From Malacoraja senta (taxonomy: Eukaryota), in assembly GCA_038087875.1 (NCBI GenBank), contig JAXLNO010000561.1, positions 62,001-122,565 of the forward strand: a stretch of 60,565 bases of DNA, in the 5' to 3' direction. Of this stretch, positions 1 through 11,681 are shown one piece after another. A program made the translations under genes and the position numbers. The notes below the pieces were generated by a model that was not told the origin of the DNA, did no database searches, and was given only the letters and a program-made list of their open reading frames with translations. How positions within the stretch are numbered: position 1 is the first letter of the stretch; every line of letters starts with the position of its first letter.

Positions 1-530
1 TGCAGTTCTGGTCCCCTAATTTGAGGAAGGACATTCTTGTTATTGAGGGAGTGCAGCGTAGGTTCACCAGGTTAATTCCCTGGATGGCGGGACTGTAATA
101 TGCTGAGAGAATGGAGCGGCTGGGCTTGTATACTCCGGAATTTAGAAGGATGAGAGGATTCTTATTGAAACATAATATTAAGGGTTTGGACACGCTAGAG
201 GCAAGAAACATGTTCCCAATGTTGGGGTAGTCCAGAACCAGCGGCCACAGTTTAAGAATAAGGGGTAAGCCATTTAGAACGGAGATGAGGAAACACTTTT
301 TCGCACAGAGAATTGTGAGTCTTTGGAATTCTCTGCCTGAGAGGGCGGTGGAGGCCGGTTCTCTTTAAAGAGAGAGCTAGATAGGGCTCTTATAGATAGC
401 GGACTTAGGGGATATGGGGAGAAGGCAGGAACGGAGTACTGATTGTGGATGATCATCCATGATTACATTGAAAGGTGGTGGTGGCGGCTCGCAGGGCCGA
501 ATGGCCTACTCCTGCACCTATTGTCTATTG
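1..530 (+). mobile_element. CR1 (HER1-like) LINE 3' fragment
   Basis: Decayed ORF2 C-terminus (QFWSPNLRKDILVIEGVQRRFTRLIP), then the 3' UTR gggccgaatggcctactcctgcacc and a (ctattgt) tail. Confidence 0.9.
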
Positions 531-2725
531 AGGGAGTGCAGCATAGATTCACGAGGTTAATTCATGGAACGGCAGGACTGACATATGATAGAAGGGGTCG
601 CCTGGGCTTATATTGACTGGAATTTAGAAGGATGAGAGGGCATCAATTCAAGTCAAGTCAAGTGAGTTTATTGTCATGTGTCCCTGATACGACAATGAAA
701 TTCTTGCTTTGCTTCAGCACAGAACATAGTAGGCATTTACTACAAAACAGATCAGTGTGTCCATATACCATAATATAAATATATACACACATGAATAAAT
801 AAACATATAAAGTGCAGATAACAGATAATGGGTTATTAATAATCAGAGTTTTGTCCGAGCCAGGTTTAATAGCCTGATGGCTGTGGAGAAGTAGCTATTC
901 CTAAACCTGGTTGTTGCTGTCTTCAGGCTCCTGTACCTTCTACCTGAAGGTAGCAGGGAGATGAGTGTGTGGCAAGGATGGTGTTGGTTTTTGATGATAC
1001 TGCCAGCCTTTTTGAGGCAACGACTGCGATAAATCCCCTCGATGGAAGGAAGGTCAGAGCCGATGATGGACTGGGCAGTGTTTACTATTTTTTGTAGTCT
1101 TTTCCTCTCCAGGGTGCTCAAGTTGCCGAATCAAGCCACGATGCAACCGGTCTGCATGCTCTCTACTGTGCACCTGTAGAAGTTAGAGAGAGTCCTCCTT
1201 GACAAACCGACTCTCTGTAATCTTCTCAGGAAGTAGAGGCGCTGATGAGCTTTCTTGATAATTGCATTAGTGTTCTAGGACCAGGAAAGATCTTCAGAGA
1301 TGTGCACCCCCAGGAATTTGAAGCTCTTGACCCTTTCAACCATCGACCCGTTGATATAAACGGGACTGCGGGTCCCCATCCTACTCCTTCCAAAGTCCAC
1401 AATCAGTTCCTTGGTTTTGCGGGTGTTGAGGGCCAGGTTATTGTGCTGGCACCATATGGACAGTTGCTCGATCTGTCTTCTATACTCTGACTCATCCCCA
1501 TCAGTGATACGTCCCACCACAGTGGTGTCGTCAGCGAACTTGATGATGGAGTTCGCACTGTGACCGGCTACGCAGTTATGAGTATAGAGTGAGTACAGCA
1601 GGGGGCTGAGCAGCAGCCTTGAGGTGTACAGCAGCCTTGAGGTGCTCCCTTGCTGATTGTTATCGAGGCTGACACATTTCCACCAATACGAACAGACTGT
1701 GGTCTGTGAATGAGGAAGTCGAGGATCCAATTGCAGAGGGATGCGCAGAGACCCAGTTCTGCGAGTTTGGTAACCAGCTTGGAGGGGATGATTGTGTTAA
1801 ATGCTGAGCTGTAATCGATGAATAACAGCCTGACATATGAGTTTTTGTTGTCCAAGTGGTCCAGAGCGGAGTGGAGGGCCAGCGAGATCGCATCCACCGT
1901 TGATCTGTTGTGGCGGTAAGCGAACTGCAGTGGGTCCAGGTTTTTGTCGAGGTAGGAATTGATTTGCTCCATGATCAACCTCTCAAAGCACTTCATCACC
2001 ACAGCGAATGGGGGCTCGGGAAGGCACATCAGTGTTCTCCCTATCAAAGCGTGCGTAAAACGCATTGAGCTCGTCAGGGAGTGATGTTTCACCGACATTC
2101 GAGCTGCCTCCTGGTTTCACCTTGTAGGAGGAGATTGCATTCAGGCCCCGCCACAGCTGCCGAACATCTGTCTCAACCTGCAGTTTGGAGTAGAAGTCCC
2201 TTTTGGCCTTTTTGATGGCCTTACCAAGGTCGTATCTGGACTTATTGTAGGCCACTGTATCATCAGACATGAATGCCCGGTGTCTGGACTTCAGAAGAGT
2301 GCGGATCTCAAAGTTCATCCAAGGTTTCTGATTGGGAAATCTTATAGAAATATAAAATTCTTATGGGATTGGACATGCATGATGCAGGAAATATGTTCCC
2401 GATGTTGGGGGGAGTCCAGAACCAGGGATAACATTTTAAGACTAAGGGGTAGGCCATTTAAGCCTAAGATGAGGTAAAACTTTTTCACCCTGAGAATTGT
2501 GAATCTGTAGAATTCTCAGTCATGGAAGGCAGTGGAGGCTAATTCACTGGAACTTTTCAAGAGAGAGTTCGAAACAGCTCTTTGGGCTAACGGAATCAAG
2601 GTATATGGGGGGAAAGCAGGAATGAGGTACCGATTTTGGATGATCAGCCATGATCGTATTGAATGGTGGTGCTGGCTCGAAGGGGCGAACGGCCTACTCC
2701 TGCACCTATTTTCTATGTTTCTACC
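531..2725 (+). mobile_element. CR1 3' fragment split by a Rex1 insertion (pieces 531-644 and 2340-2725)
   Basis: ggatgagagggcatc at ~644 resumes as ttatagaaatataaaattc at ~2342 and ends in the (ttctatgt) tail at ~2710-2725. Confidence 0.8.
646..2339 (-). mobile_element. Rex1/Babar-clade non-LTR retrotransposon, 5'-truncated, with internal deletions
   Basis: Minus ORFs carry [52 protein letters not shown] and LLPSGRRYRS. The 3' end is gacaataaa followed by a (cttga)n tail at ~648-663. Confidence 0.88.
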
Positions 2726-3074
2726 ATGTCTGATACAAAGTTCCGAAATACTGTGGTCATCCAGTCAGGTAGTTGGCGATCCAGGACGCCAATGGAGGAT
2801 CAACCCGCATCTTCGTCAGTTTGCTCCCTAGCAGATGGTGTTAAAAGCACTGGAGAAGTAAAAAAAAAAACATGATTCTCACAGTGCTTCCCAGCTTATC
2901 CAGGTGATAATATGAACAATGGAACAGGTGGATGGTGGCACCCTCAACCCCCATCTTTGTTTGGTAAGGGAACTGCAGGGGGTCCAGGTTTCAATATACC
3001 CGTAAATGCTCTCCTGACCAATATACAATGCCCTTACTATTAAGGAAACATATGTTACACCTTAGTTGTGTTTA

Positions 3075-3380
3075 TTTATAGACACAATATGGAAATAGGC
3101 CCTTTGGGCCACGAGTCCACACTGACCACTGATCCCATTCACACTAGTTCTATGTTATTCCACTTTCTTATCCACTCCCTACACATTAGGGGCAACTTAC
3201 AAAGGCCAATTAACCTACAAACCTGCACGTATTTGGAATGTGAGAGGAAACTAGAGCAACCAGAGGAAATCAATGTGATCACAGGGAGAATATGCAAACA
3301 CCAGACAGAAAACACCCGAAGTCAGGATTGAAACCGGGTCCCTGATGCTGTGAGGCAGCAACTGTACCAACTATGCCACC
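3075..3380 (-). mobile_element. tRNA-derived SINE (HE1/V-SINE-like)
   Basis: Minus strand begins ggtggcatagttggtacagttgctgcctcacagc...cggtttcaatcctgac (A/B-box-like) and ends in a CR1-type gggcctatttcc tail. Homologous to 16144-16450. Confidence 0.75.
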
Positions 3381-3757
3381 TTCCACTTGTGTTGCTCCTT
3401 TCAGGGGTCTGTGGACATAGACCACGTGCCTTCTGTGCATAAATGCTGTTCAGGCTCTTGCCGTTAACTGCATACTTCCGCCTTACATTAACCCTCGCAT
3501 AGTGCAACATCACAGTCTTGTTCGCTTTAAACTCCATGCCTTCCTCAAGGTCTGCAACTCCACCAATGTTTCTCATCTGTAAACTTACTAATCAACCCTT
3601 TTACATTAATGACTAAGCCAAATATATCTATAACTCACAAACAGAAGTCCCAGCACAGATCTCAGTGGAACTCCGCTGGTCACAGACCTCCAGCCACCAC
3701 ACCACGCTGTCTTCTATGCGTTAGCCAGTTCTAAATCCAAATGACCAAGTCAGGAAG

Positions 3758-3852
3758 ATAGACACAAAAAACTGGAGTAATTCAACGGGACAGGCAGCAT
3801 CTCTGGAGAGAAGGAATGGGTGATGTTTCGGGTTGAGACCCTTCTACAGGAC
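3758..3852 (-). mobile_element. Penelope-derived terminal fragment with a degenerate hammerhead motif
   Basis: Minus reads ctgtagaagggtctcaacccgaaacatcacccattccttctctccagagatgctgcc, the same family as the Penelope 3' ends at 37006 and 30295. Confidence 0.65.
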
Positions 3853-3869
3853 GATGAAGGTTTTGAAGT

Positions 3870-4555
3870 CTTTTTTATGCGGGGGAGGTGGGGAGGGGGA
3901 AACGTTTCCCAGTCACTTCCTGGTTGGAGATGTGCCTTTTCTCCGAGTCACATCTTCTCTCCCCCTCCCTCGCGGCCTACCATCTGGATTGGCGCGGCCT
4001 TTCATGCCGAGAACGGTCAGAGCTTCAACAGCGGTGCAGCACTGAATTACCATCGGGGAGCGGGCGATGCCTTACTGGGGATCGCCGTGTTGGAGCTCCG
4101 GAGTGTCGGGGCTGCTGCTTTAATATCGTGGAGCTGTGGTTTGCAGAGCTTCTTGCCGTGGGCGGCGCTGACTTTATCGCGGGACATCACAGAGTCCTGG
4201 TGATCCCTTTGCCAAGGGCCGCCAGTGTTGAATCTCCTCCCAGCTCGGCCTGTGGACTTCGGAAGCCGAGGTCTCCGGTAAGAAGTGGTTGATTCGGAAA
4301 CTCCAAGCCACTGAGTGTGTTCTTCCGTTCCGACGTCGGAGTTTCGATCATCCCGGCAAGAGGGCCTGAACATCGGGCTGCCGTAGCAACGACTGCGGAG
4401 GGCTCAAAGGCCCCGAATGTTGATTCTGCTGTGTGGGGATGTTCATGTTAAACTTCTATCGTGTATTGTGTTCATTTTATTTGTATGGCTGTATGGTAAC
4501 TCAAATCTCACTGTACCAATTGGTGCCTGTGACAATAAATGTAACTTGTACTTGG
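3870..4555 (+). mobile_element. GC/CpG-rich non-autonomous element with a Rex1-type 3' end (related pieces at 28850-29390 + and 31465-31975 -)
   Basis: Non-coding GC-rich body ending ...ctgtgtggggatgttcatgttaaa...cactgtacc...gtgacaataaa plus a short repeat. The 28850 and 31465 segments end similarly (ctgtgatggatgtttatg...gacaataaa). Confidence 0.55.
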
Positions 4556-5015
4556 TGGTGTGCATCCCTCTTGAACCACTAGTTGTCTGGTGGCAGCACC
4601 GAGGGAGTTCTTGGATTTACACCCAGTGACAATATGACTGGTGAAATATTTCCAAGTCAGGATCAAGTACATTTTGGTGAGAAATCTGTTGGTGGTATTA
4701 TCTCCATACCATCTTCCATGCTTGTCGGAAATCACCACATATCAAGTCTATTAAAAACCTCTTTTTAGACAACAGAATTCTTTGGGACTAGTTCTGTACT
4801 TGGAAGTATTATTAATCTGAATTATGGAACTGAAAATGTGATATTAAATGGACAACAAATCGAGTGTTCACAAGATTGACAAAACTGGTAATTATATAGG
4901 TGCAGGGAAAATTTACATAAACATATGCAGGTGCTCATCTCATGATATCTAAAAAAATGTTTCTCATGAAGTTAATAACCATTGCAGTAGGACATTAAAA
5001 CAAATAGTTTCCCAA

Positions 5016-5021
5016 TTTATT
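5016..5021 (-). terminator. Candidate NEIL3 polyadenylation signal (AATAAA)
   Basis: Plus-strand tttatt reads AATAAA on minus, about 860 nt after the stop codon. It follows an AU-rich stretch and is followed by a T/GT-rich tract (tatttgttttaatgt). Not transcript-verified. Confidence 0.5.
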
Positions 5022-5515
5022 GATAGTTACTTGCAATAGACAAAGAAAAAAGTGACAAAACAATAAACAATAGATTTCAAAATACATAATGTAACAGTGA
5101 TAGAAAAGCTTATAATAATAGCTCTCTTAATATATTGAATAAAGAAATTTCATAAAACAATACAAGTGTGATTTAAAAAAACATTTGGCACAAATACATC
5201 TGGTCCAACTGCTTTGAATAGAGTCACCGATAGCAACTGTCAACTTTGAATGCAGCTTAAGGCTCTTGCAACGGGCTTTTTGATGCCAATTTCTACTGAC
5301 TCCATTTACCATCACCATCTTTTAGGTTGAATCTTGCATTCAGCAACTTAACAGAAAAACCACAAGTAAACTTGTTATCAGGTATTTCACTCATCCGCAC
5401 TTCAGTTTCACTTTTTGCCTTCCAACCATCAGGCAGACTGTAACTAAAACTAAATTGTTGTGTCAATGTCTGCTGTGGGTTAAAGAAACAAGGAATTGCA
5501 GATGCAAAAAAAAGA

Positions 5516-5670
5516 CAAAGTGCTGGAGTAACTCAGCGGGTGAGGCAGCATCCCCGGAGAACATGGACAGGTGACGTTTTGGGTCGGTACCCTTCATCAG
5601 ACCCCGAAATGTCACCTATCCATGTTCTTCAGAGCTGCTGCTTGACCCGCTGAGTTACTCCAGCACATTG
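5516..5670. repeat. Palindromic Penelope-end element (inverted arms 5516-5584 and 5601-5670) in the putative NEIL3 3' UTR
   Basis: gtgctggagtaactcagcgggt...catggacaggtgac is the reverse complement, with mismatches, of gtcacctatccatg...acccgctgagttactccagcac. A hammerhead-like core sits in the centre. Confidence 0.85.
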
Positions 5671-5881
5671 CGTCTAATAGTATGGTTTAATTGTGGTTAC
5701 CAAGCAAGGAGTCCCAATGTTGCAATTCAATCTGCAGGTTTGGGCGAAAACATGATCTGAATACAGGAGATGTTTTAATATATATATATATCCATCCAAA
5801 GCTATCACTGATGTATCACTGGTCCAGCAGTGCTCGTGTCAGTGAATCAATTCTTTAATTCTCTTTACCTCAGCAGTTGTT

Positions 5882-6064
5882 TCAGCAGCCGGCAGGGATC
5901 TTAAATCCAGGTCCATTCTCTGCCCACTGAAAGAAATCACACTGTTTGTTCATTCCTCGCGAGCAAACGTAAAAGTTGCGTCCGTTATTGGGACCAAGTT
6001 TCAGCACGGTTCTCATGATACATCGCGTTCCATGATTGCAGATCGGAAAATGTAAATCAGCCCA
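5882..6064 (-). CDS. NEIL3: NEIL3 terminal coding exon, GRF zinc finger 2 and stop codon
   Basis: Not in the ORF track; translated by hand. Acceptor ttgttcccctag|TGG, then WADLHFPICNHGTRCIMRTVLKLGPNNGRNFYVCSRGMNKQCDFFQWAENGPGFKIPAGC and TGA at 5884-5882. Matches the NEIL3 C-terminus WADLSFPFCNHG...FFQWAENGPG. Confidence 0.97.
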   Translation of the reverse strand, partial: WADLHFPICNHGTRCIMRTVLKLGPNNGRNFYVCSRGMNKQCDFFQWAENGPGFKIPAGC

Positions 6065-7179
6065 CTAGGGGAACAAATATGCATGTAAGGCACTAATAGC
6101 ATCATATCCACAAAAGTACATGATGAATGCTCTCCGAACATGTTTATGAGCCATTTATTTATTTACTCATCCATCAGTCTATTGGGAATGGGTCAAAGGG
6201 AAACCATTTAAAAATAATTGGTCACCTTCTTTGTTGAACTTTTAATTTAAGATCTCAGTAAAAAGTTATGAATGTGATATGGCCATCCAATCTAATTACA
6301 ACATTAGGTGGACAAAAAATATTTATTTCTCCTGCATAATTAAAATTATGAATCCCCTCATCTAATTAGAAATCTTTTGATTTACAAACCTACTATATAC
6401 ATGTGTAACTAAGCTGAACAAATCCAATTATAAATGGCTAAAATAGTTCTCCAAACAATATACTGCAATCTATTATTTAATCAAATTCATCAACAAACAA
6501 AAAAAATAGCAATGACTGTAATTTCAAAGCTATTTTAAACTATTGAATCTGTCAAAGTGCAGCTGATGTCTAAAGCAAATTGTGCATAAAATCTGGTGGG
6601 AAATGGGCTGCGGGAAGTTTGAAATATTGTAATTACTTTCAGATTTTGGACGGTATTGCCCTCTTCAGACCATTTGGTATAATGCTATTTACTAATCAAA
6701 AGCTTGAGTTCTGCACAAAATTCTCTTTTAACGTGTGTTTTGTCCATTAATATTTGCCTGATTAGATCTTAAATTGATAATGAAAAAGTCATAACAATAT
6801 TTTGGATTTCTTTGAGAATTTTGAGATAATTGATGCCCAGCATACTTCAAAGCCACCAACACTCCATCTAACTGTCACAATCTAATCCCAAACTGAGAAT
6901 GGAGACACAAGGAAATGCAGATGCTGACGGAGCAAAACACAAGGTAGTATCTGTGGTGGGAACGAAGAGATGACGTTCCCAGTCGGGAGCTTCCTCCAAA
7001 TCCCCCTCACTTGCAAAGGCTAAAGCTATGGGAGCTGACAACATCCAAGCAAAAATCTTTGCTTTGTAGGCTAATCCAATCAAACCAGAAGGAAGTGGTG
7101 GACACAACCACGGATACTGACTTTCCCAGCATTGTAGAGATCTGCAGGAGGTGCTCCCACACGCAAAAACAGGAAGGCA

Positions 7180-7938
7180 GATTACTATCTAAATGGCGTC
7201 AAGTTGGGAAAAGGGGGAAGTACAACGGGATCTGGGGGTCCTTGTTCATCAGTCTATGAAAGTAAGCCTGCGGGTACAGCAGGCAGTGAAGAAAGCGAAT
7301 GGCATGTTGGCCTTTATAACAAGAGGAATCGAATATATGAGCAAAGAGGTCCTTCTGCAGTTGTACAGAGCACTAGTGAGACCACACCTGGAGTATTGTG
7401 TGTAGTTTTGGTCCCTTAATTTGAGGAAGGACATTCTTGCTATTGAGGGAGTGCAGCATAGGTTTACAAGGTTAATTCCGGGGATGGCGGGACTGTCATA
7501 TGCTGAGAGAATGGAGCAGCTGGGCTTGTACTCTCTGGTGTTGAGAAGGATGAGAGGGCATCTCATTGAAACATATAAGATTGTTAAGGGTTTCGACATG
7601 CTAGAGGCAGGAAACATGTTCCCGATGTTGGGGGAGTCCAGAACCAGGGGCCACAGTTTAAGAATAAGGAGTAAGCCATTTAGAACGGAGACGAGGAAAC
7701 ACTTTTTCTCAGAGAGTGGTGAGTCTGTGGAATTCTCTGCCTCAGAGGGCAGTGGAGGCCAGTTCTCTTGATCCTTTCAAGAAAGAGCTAGATAGGGCTC
7801 TTAAAAATAGTGGAGTCAGGGTATATGGGGAGAAGGCATGAACGGGGTACTGATTGGGGATGATCAGCCATGATCACATTGAATGGCGGTGCTGGCTCGA
7901 AGGGCTGAATGGCCTACTCCTGCACCTATTGTCTATTG
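7180..7938 (+). mobile_element. CR1 LINE 3' fragment (NEIL3 last intron, antisense to the gene)
   Basis: RDLGVLVHQS...LYRALVRPHLEYCV, RTRGHSL and a ctattgtctattg tail. Confidence 0.92.
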
Positions 7939-9400
7939 TCCATAAGATCAGGCTGCAGCCAAAGAGGTTTTACCGTACCAAGAAGCAGGGGAACCCCCGC
8001 ATCGATGTCCGCAAGATGCCCCGTCCAGATCTCGTGCAACAGTTTGCAGAGGCTTTTGAGAGAGAACTTGGCACCTCGTGTCCTGGTGACTCTGCAACAG
8101 AGAAGTGGGAAATTCTGCTGGATACCATGCCGTGGCTAGCTTTGGGAAGAAGATCTCGAAGACGCACGCCTGGTTTGAGGACAAGTCGACCGAGATGACT
8201 CCCATCATCGAAGCCAAGCGCGCCGCCCTAGCCGAGTACAAGCGGTCAGCTAACGAGAAGAACCTGCAGATCCTCAGGGCTGCCAGGAGCAAGGTTCAGC
8301 AGACTGCCAGGCATTGCGCCAATGACTACTGGACACAGCTTAGTGAGGACATCCACACGGCCGCCATAACAGGGAACATCAGGGGAATGTACGATGGCAT
8401 TAAGAAGGCATTAGGACCAGTCCAGATCAAGACAGCCCCCCTCAAATCCTCCACTGGGGAAGTAATCACAGCAGATGGAGAGATGGGTGGAACGCTACTC
8501 CGACCCCTACTCGAGAGAGAACAATGTGTCCCCCACAGCCCTTGATGCCATCGAGTGCCTGCCGACCATGGATGAGTTAGACGCAGAGACGACGGTAGAA
8601 GAGCTCAGCTAGGCCATTTACAGCCTGGCCCCAGGCAAGGCCCCAGGCAGCGACGGCATTACCCCTGACCTGATCAACCATTGCAAGACTACCTTACTGC
8701 TTCCTTTGTATGAAGTCCTCTGCCAGTGCTGGCAAGAAGGAGCTGTACCGCAGGAAATGAGGGTTGCCACGATCATTACCCTGTACAAGTACCAGGGCGA
8801 GAGAAGCGATTGCAACAACTACAGAGGCATCTCCCTCCTCAACATCATCGGCAAGGTCTTTGCTCGGGTCATCTTGATCCGCCTGCAGAAGCCGGCAGAA
8901 CGTGTCTACCCAAAGTCACAGTGCGGTTTCCGAGCTGGAAGGTCAACAGTAGACATGGTCTTCTCCCTTCGCCAGCTCCAGGAGAAGTGCAGAGAACAGC
9001 GGATGCCCCTGTATGTTGCTTTCATTGACCTCACCAAGGCGTTCGACCACGTCAGCAGAGATGGCCTATTTAAGGCTCTGCCAAAGATCGGCTGCCTACC
9101 AAAACTGCAGAGCATGAGAGAATCCTTCCACATCAACATGAAGAGGACAGTGCAGTTCAATGGCAGCTTCTCCGAGCCCTTCAACATCCGCAGTGGTGTC
9201 AAACAAGGCTGCGTCCTCGCTCCCACACTCTTTGGGATTTTCTTCGCTCTGCTCCTGAAAAATGCCTCGGCACTGCAACAGAGGGGATCTACCTGCGTAC
9301 TTGATCAGATGGCAGGCTCTTCAACCTCACCCGCCACAGATAAAGATGAAAGTACGTGAGGCTCTCATCAGAGACATGTTGTTTGCCGACGACGCTGCAG
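7939..9400 (+). mobile_element. RTE-clade (BovB-like) LINE internal fragment
   Basis: DCNNYRGISLL, QCGFRAGRSTVDMVFSLRQLQEKCREQRMPLYVAFIDLTKAFD and GVKQGCVLAPTLF. It ends right after LFADDAA. Frameshifted and more GC-rich than its flanks. Confidence 0.9.
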
Positions 9401-9514
9401 TTGTCTATTGCCCAGAGTAGGCGAATCGAGGACCAGAGGACATAGGTTCAAGGTGAAGGGGAAAAGATTTAATAGGAATACCACCAGCAGATTATCTCCA
9501 AGTTACATACAATT

Positions 9515-9820
9515 AGAAACATAGAAAATAGATGCAGGTGTAGGACATTCGGCCCTTCAAGCCAGCACCGCCATTCAATATGATCATGGCTGATCATCCA
9601 AAATCAGTACCCCGTTCCTGCTTTCTCCCCATGTATCTTGATTCAGTTAGCCCTAAGAGCTATATCTAACTCACTCTTGAAAACATCCAATGAATTGGCC
9701 CCAACTGCCTTCTGTGGCAGAGATTCACAACTCTCTGGGTGAAAAGATTTTTCCTCATCTCAGTCCTAATTGACCTACCCCTTATTCTTAAACTGTGAGC
9801 CCTGGTTCTGGACTCCACAC
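9515..9820 (-). mobile_element. CR1 3' fragment
   Basis: Reverse complement of the CR1 3' UTR and tail (agaaacatagaaaatag...ggcccttc...gatcatggctgatcatcc). Confidence 0.85.
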
Positions 9821-10333
9821 TGTATCACTCTATGACCTCTAGTCCTAGACTATTCCAATAATGGAAACATCCTCTCCCACTCTATTCAAACCTTTCACTA
9901 TCCGGTAAGTTTCAACGAGGTCCCCCCTCATTGATGGGCCGAATGGCCTAATTCTGCTACTATAACTTATGAACCATACTGAAGTTGGAAATGTATTGCT
10001 GGGCCAAATATATTGTTGTTGAGTCTACATCCTGGAACTTCATTCCCAACACTACAGGAGTACTTTCACCAGAACAACTGCAACATTGCAAGATGATGAT
10101 GCATCAGCGCCTTGTCAAGGAATTTCAGGTACAGGCACTAAATCATGGGTTTATAGCCAACATACAGATCCTGAAAATGAATATGTTTAAAAATAAACAA
10201 GATTCTGGTGAGCAAAGAACATATCCATTGAATACTTTGTGATTGTCACTATGGAAAGCATTTTGGCCTTCATCTAATTAATCACTGTGAAGTAAAATGT
10301 ACACACAGGAACTGCAGATGCTAGATTCCTGCA

Positions 10334-10494
10334 TAGAACACAAAATGCTGCAGGAATTCAGTGGGTCAGGCAGTATCTCTGGAGGACATGGATAGGTGAC
10401 ATTTTGAGAAGAACATTACCCAGAACGTCACCTATCCATGTCCTTCATAGATGCTGCCTGGACCGCTGAGTAACTCCAGCACTTTGTATTCTAG
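10334..10494. repeat. Second palindromic Penelope-end element
   Basis: Inverted arms ...ggacatggataggtgac / gtcacctatccatgtcc..., the same architecture as 5516-5670. The central hammerhead core is lost. Confidence 0.75.
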
Positions 10495-10715
10495 TCAAAG
10501 GCAAGTCTAGCAGTTGGAAACAACAAGATATGTGAGGGGTTTTGACTCGGCACACATTACAAAAGCACAAGGATGCTGATGTGAATAGTGACAGCACACT
10601 TAACACCTACTGTTGCATAAGCAGTATTTTTACAGCACTCAAGTTACTGTACTGCTGCATCACTTCCATGGTGTCAGGTCATTTGGATTCCTTGAGAGAA
10701 GACTAATACACTCAC

Positions 10716-10890
10716 CTGAAAATAGTCACACTGATGATCCCGTGGCAGGGAGCAAGTGTAGAATTGCCTCCCTTTATTGTCACCCTCTTTTCTGACTACT
10801 CTAAGTTCACAGGGACGACTGTGTTTTTTGCAGTGTGGAGTTTCGGGGCTTGCAGCCGGGCCTTTACCCCCATTCACATTATCAGAGCCC
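10716..10890 (-). CDS. NEIL3: NEIL3 exon encoding GRF zinc finger 1 (equivalent to human exon 9)
   Basis: Acceptor gtgtttccag|G and donor TTT CAG|gtgagt. Encodes PHCKKHSRPCELRVVRKEGDNKGRQFYTCSLPRDHQCDYFQ (GRxF motif, CHCC ligands). Confidence 0.96.
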
Positions 10891-11208
10891 CTGGAAACAC
10901 AACAATATTTTTTACATCAATTCACTTGTTAATCAAAACCACAAAATTAAGAATCTCTGGCCTTGTGCATTCACAATGCCCGCTGACAGCAGAACTGAAG
11001 GTAAGAAATATCACCAACCTGTGGCAAGAAATCTTTGGTTTACAAATCATTCTGAAGTGACAGAGACCTTCACATTTATAGCGGTGGAAATGATAGTTAG
11101 ACTGAAAAATTAATTTGAACAAAATGGCAAGTACAGTCCCTTTGGAGCCTTAAATATGAATGAACTAAAGTAATAGAACAATCATGTCCTCAACCAATGT
11201 CATAGAAT

Positions 11209-11480
11209 TCTCAGAGCTCCCGTGGATTTGGAAGCAACAGCAACAAAGAGAAGCAGGAGAAAACACTGATTGGCTCTAGCCCGAGTGGAAGGAGAGTTAG
11301 AAGTGAGTCAGAGGGGGAAAACAGTTGAAAATGAGAGGCAAAGCACAGGCAGACTTTTCTCAGAGCTCCCGTGGATTTGGAAGCAACAGCAATAAAGAGA
11401 AGCAGGAGAAAACACTGATTGGCTCTAGCCCGAGTGGGAGGAGAGTTAGAGGTCAGTCAGAGGGGGAAAACAGTTTAAAA
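11209..11480 (+). repeat. 149-bp tandem monomers in the CR1 5' UTR
   Basis: ctcagagctcccgtggatttggaagcaacagc starts at 11210 and again at 11359. Each unit carries ctgattggct (reverse CCAAT box). Confidence 0.9.
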
Positions 11481-11681
11481 CTGATGAATTTGGGTTGTAA
11501 ATTGGTAAATTAAGCAATTTATCCGTCTATATAAGCAAGGCGGATCTTAGGGAGTGGCAGTGAGGGAGCGGCCTTGTGAGGGAAGTGCCCTGTGAGAAAA
11601 GTGTGAGTCTTTGGCTCGAGAGTCTTAGGCGAGGAGAGGAGGCTACACAAAACGCTGGAGAGGGAGAGACGAAAGAAGGAG

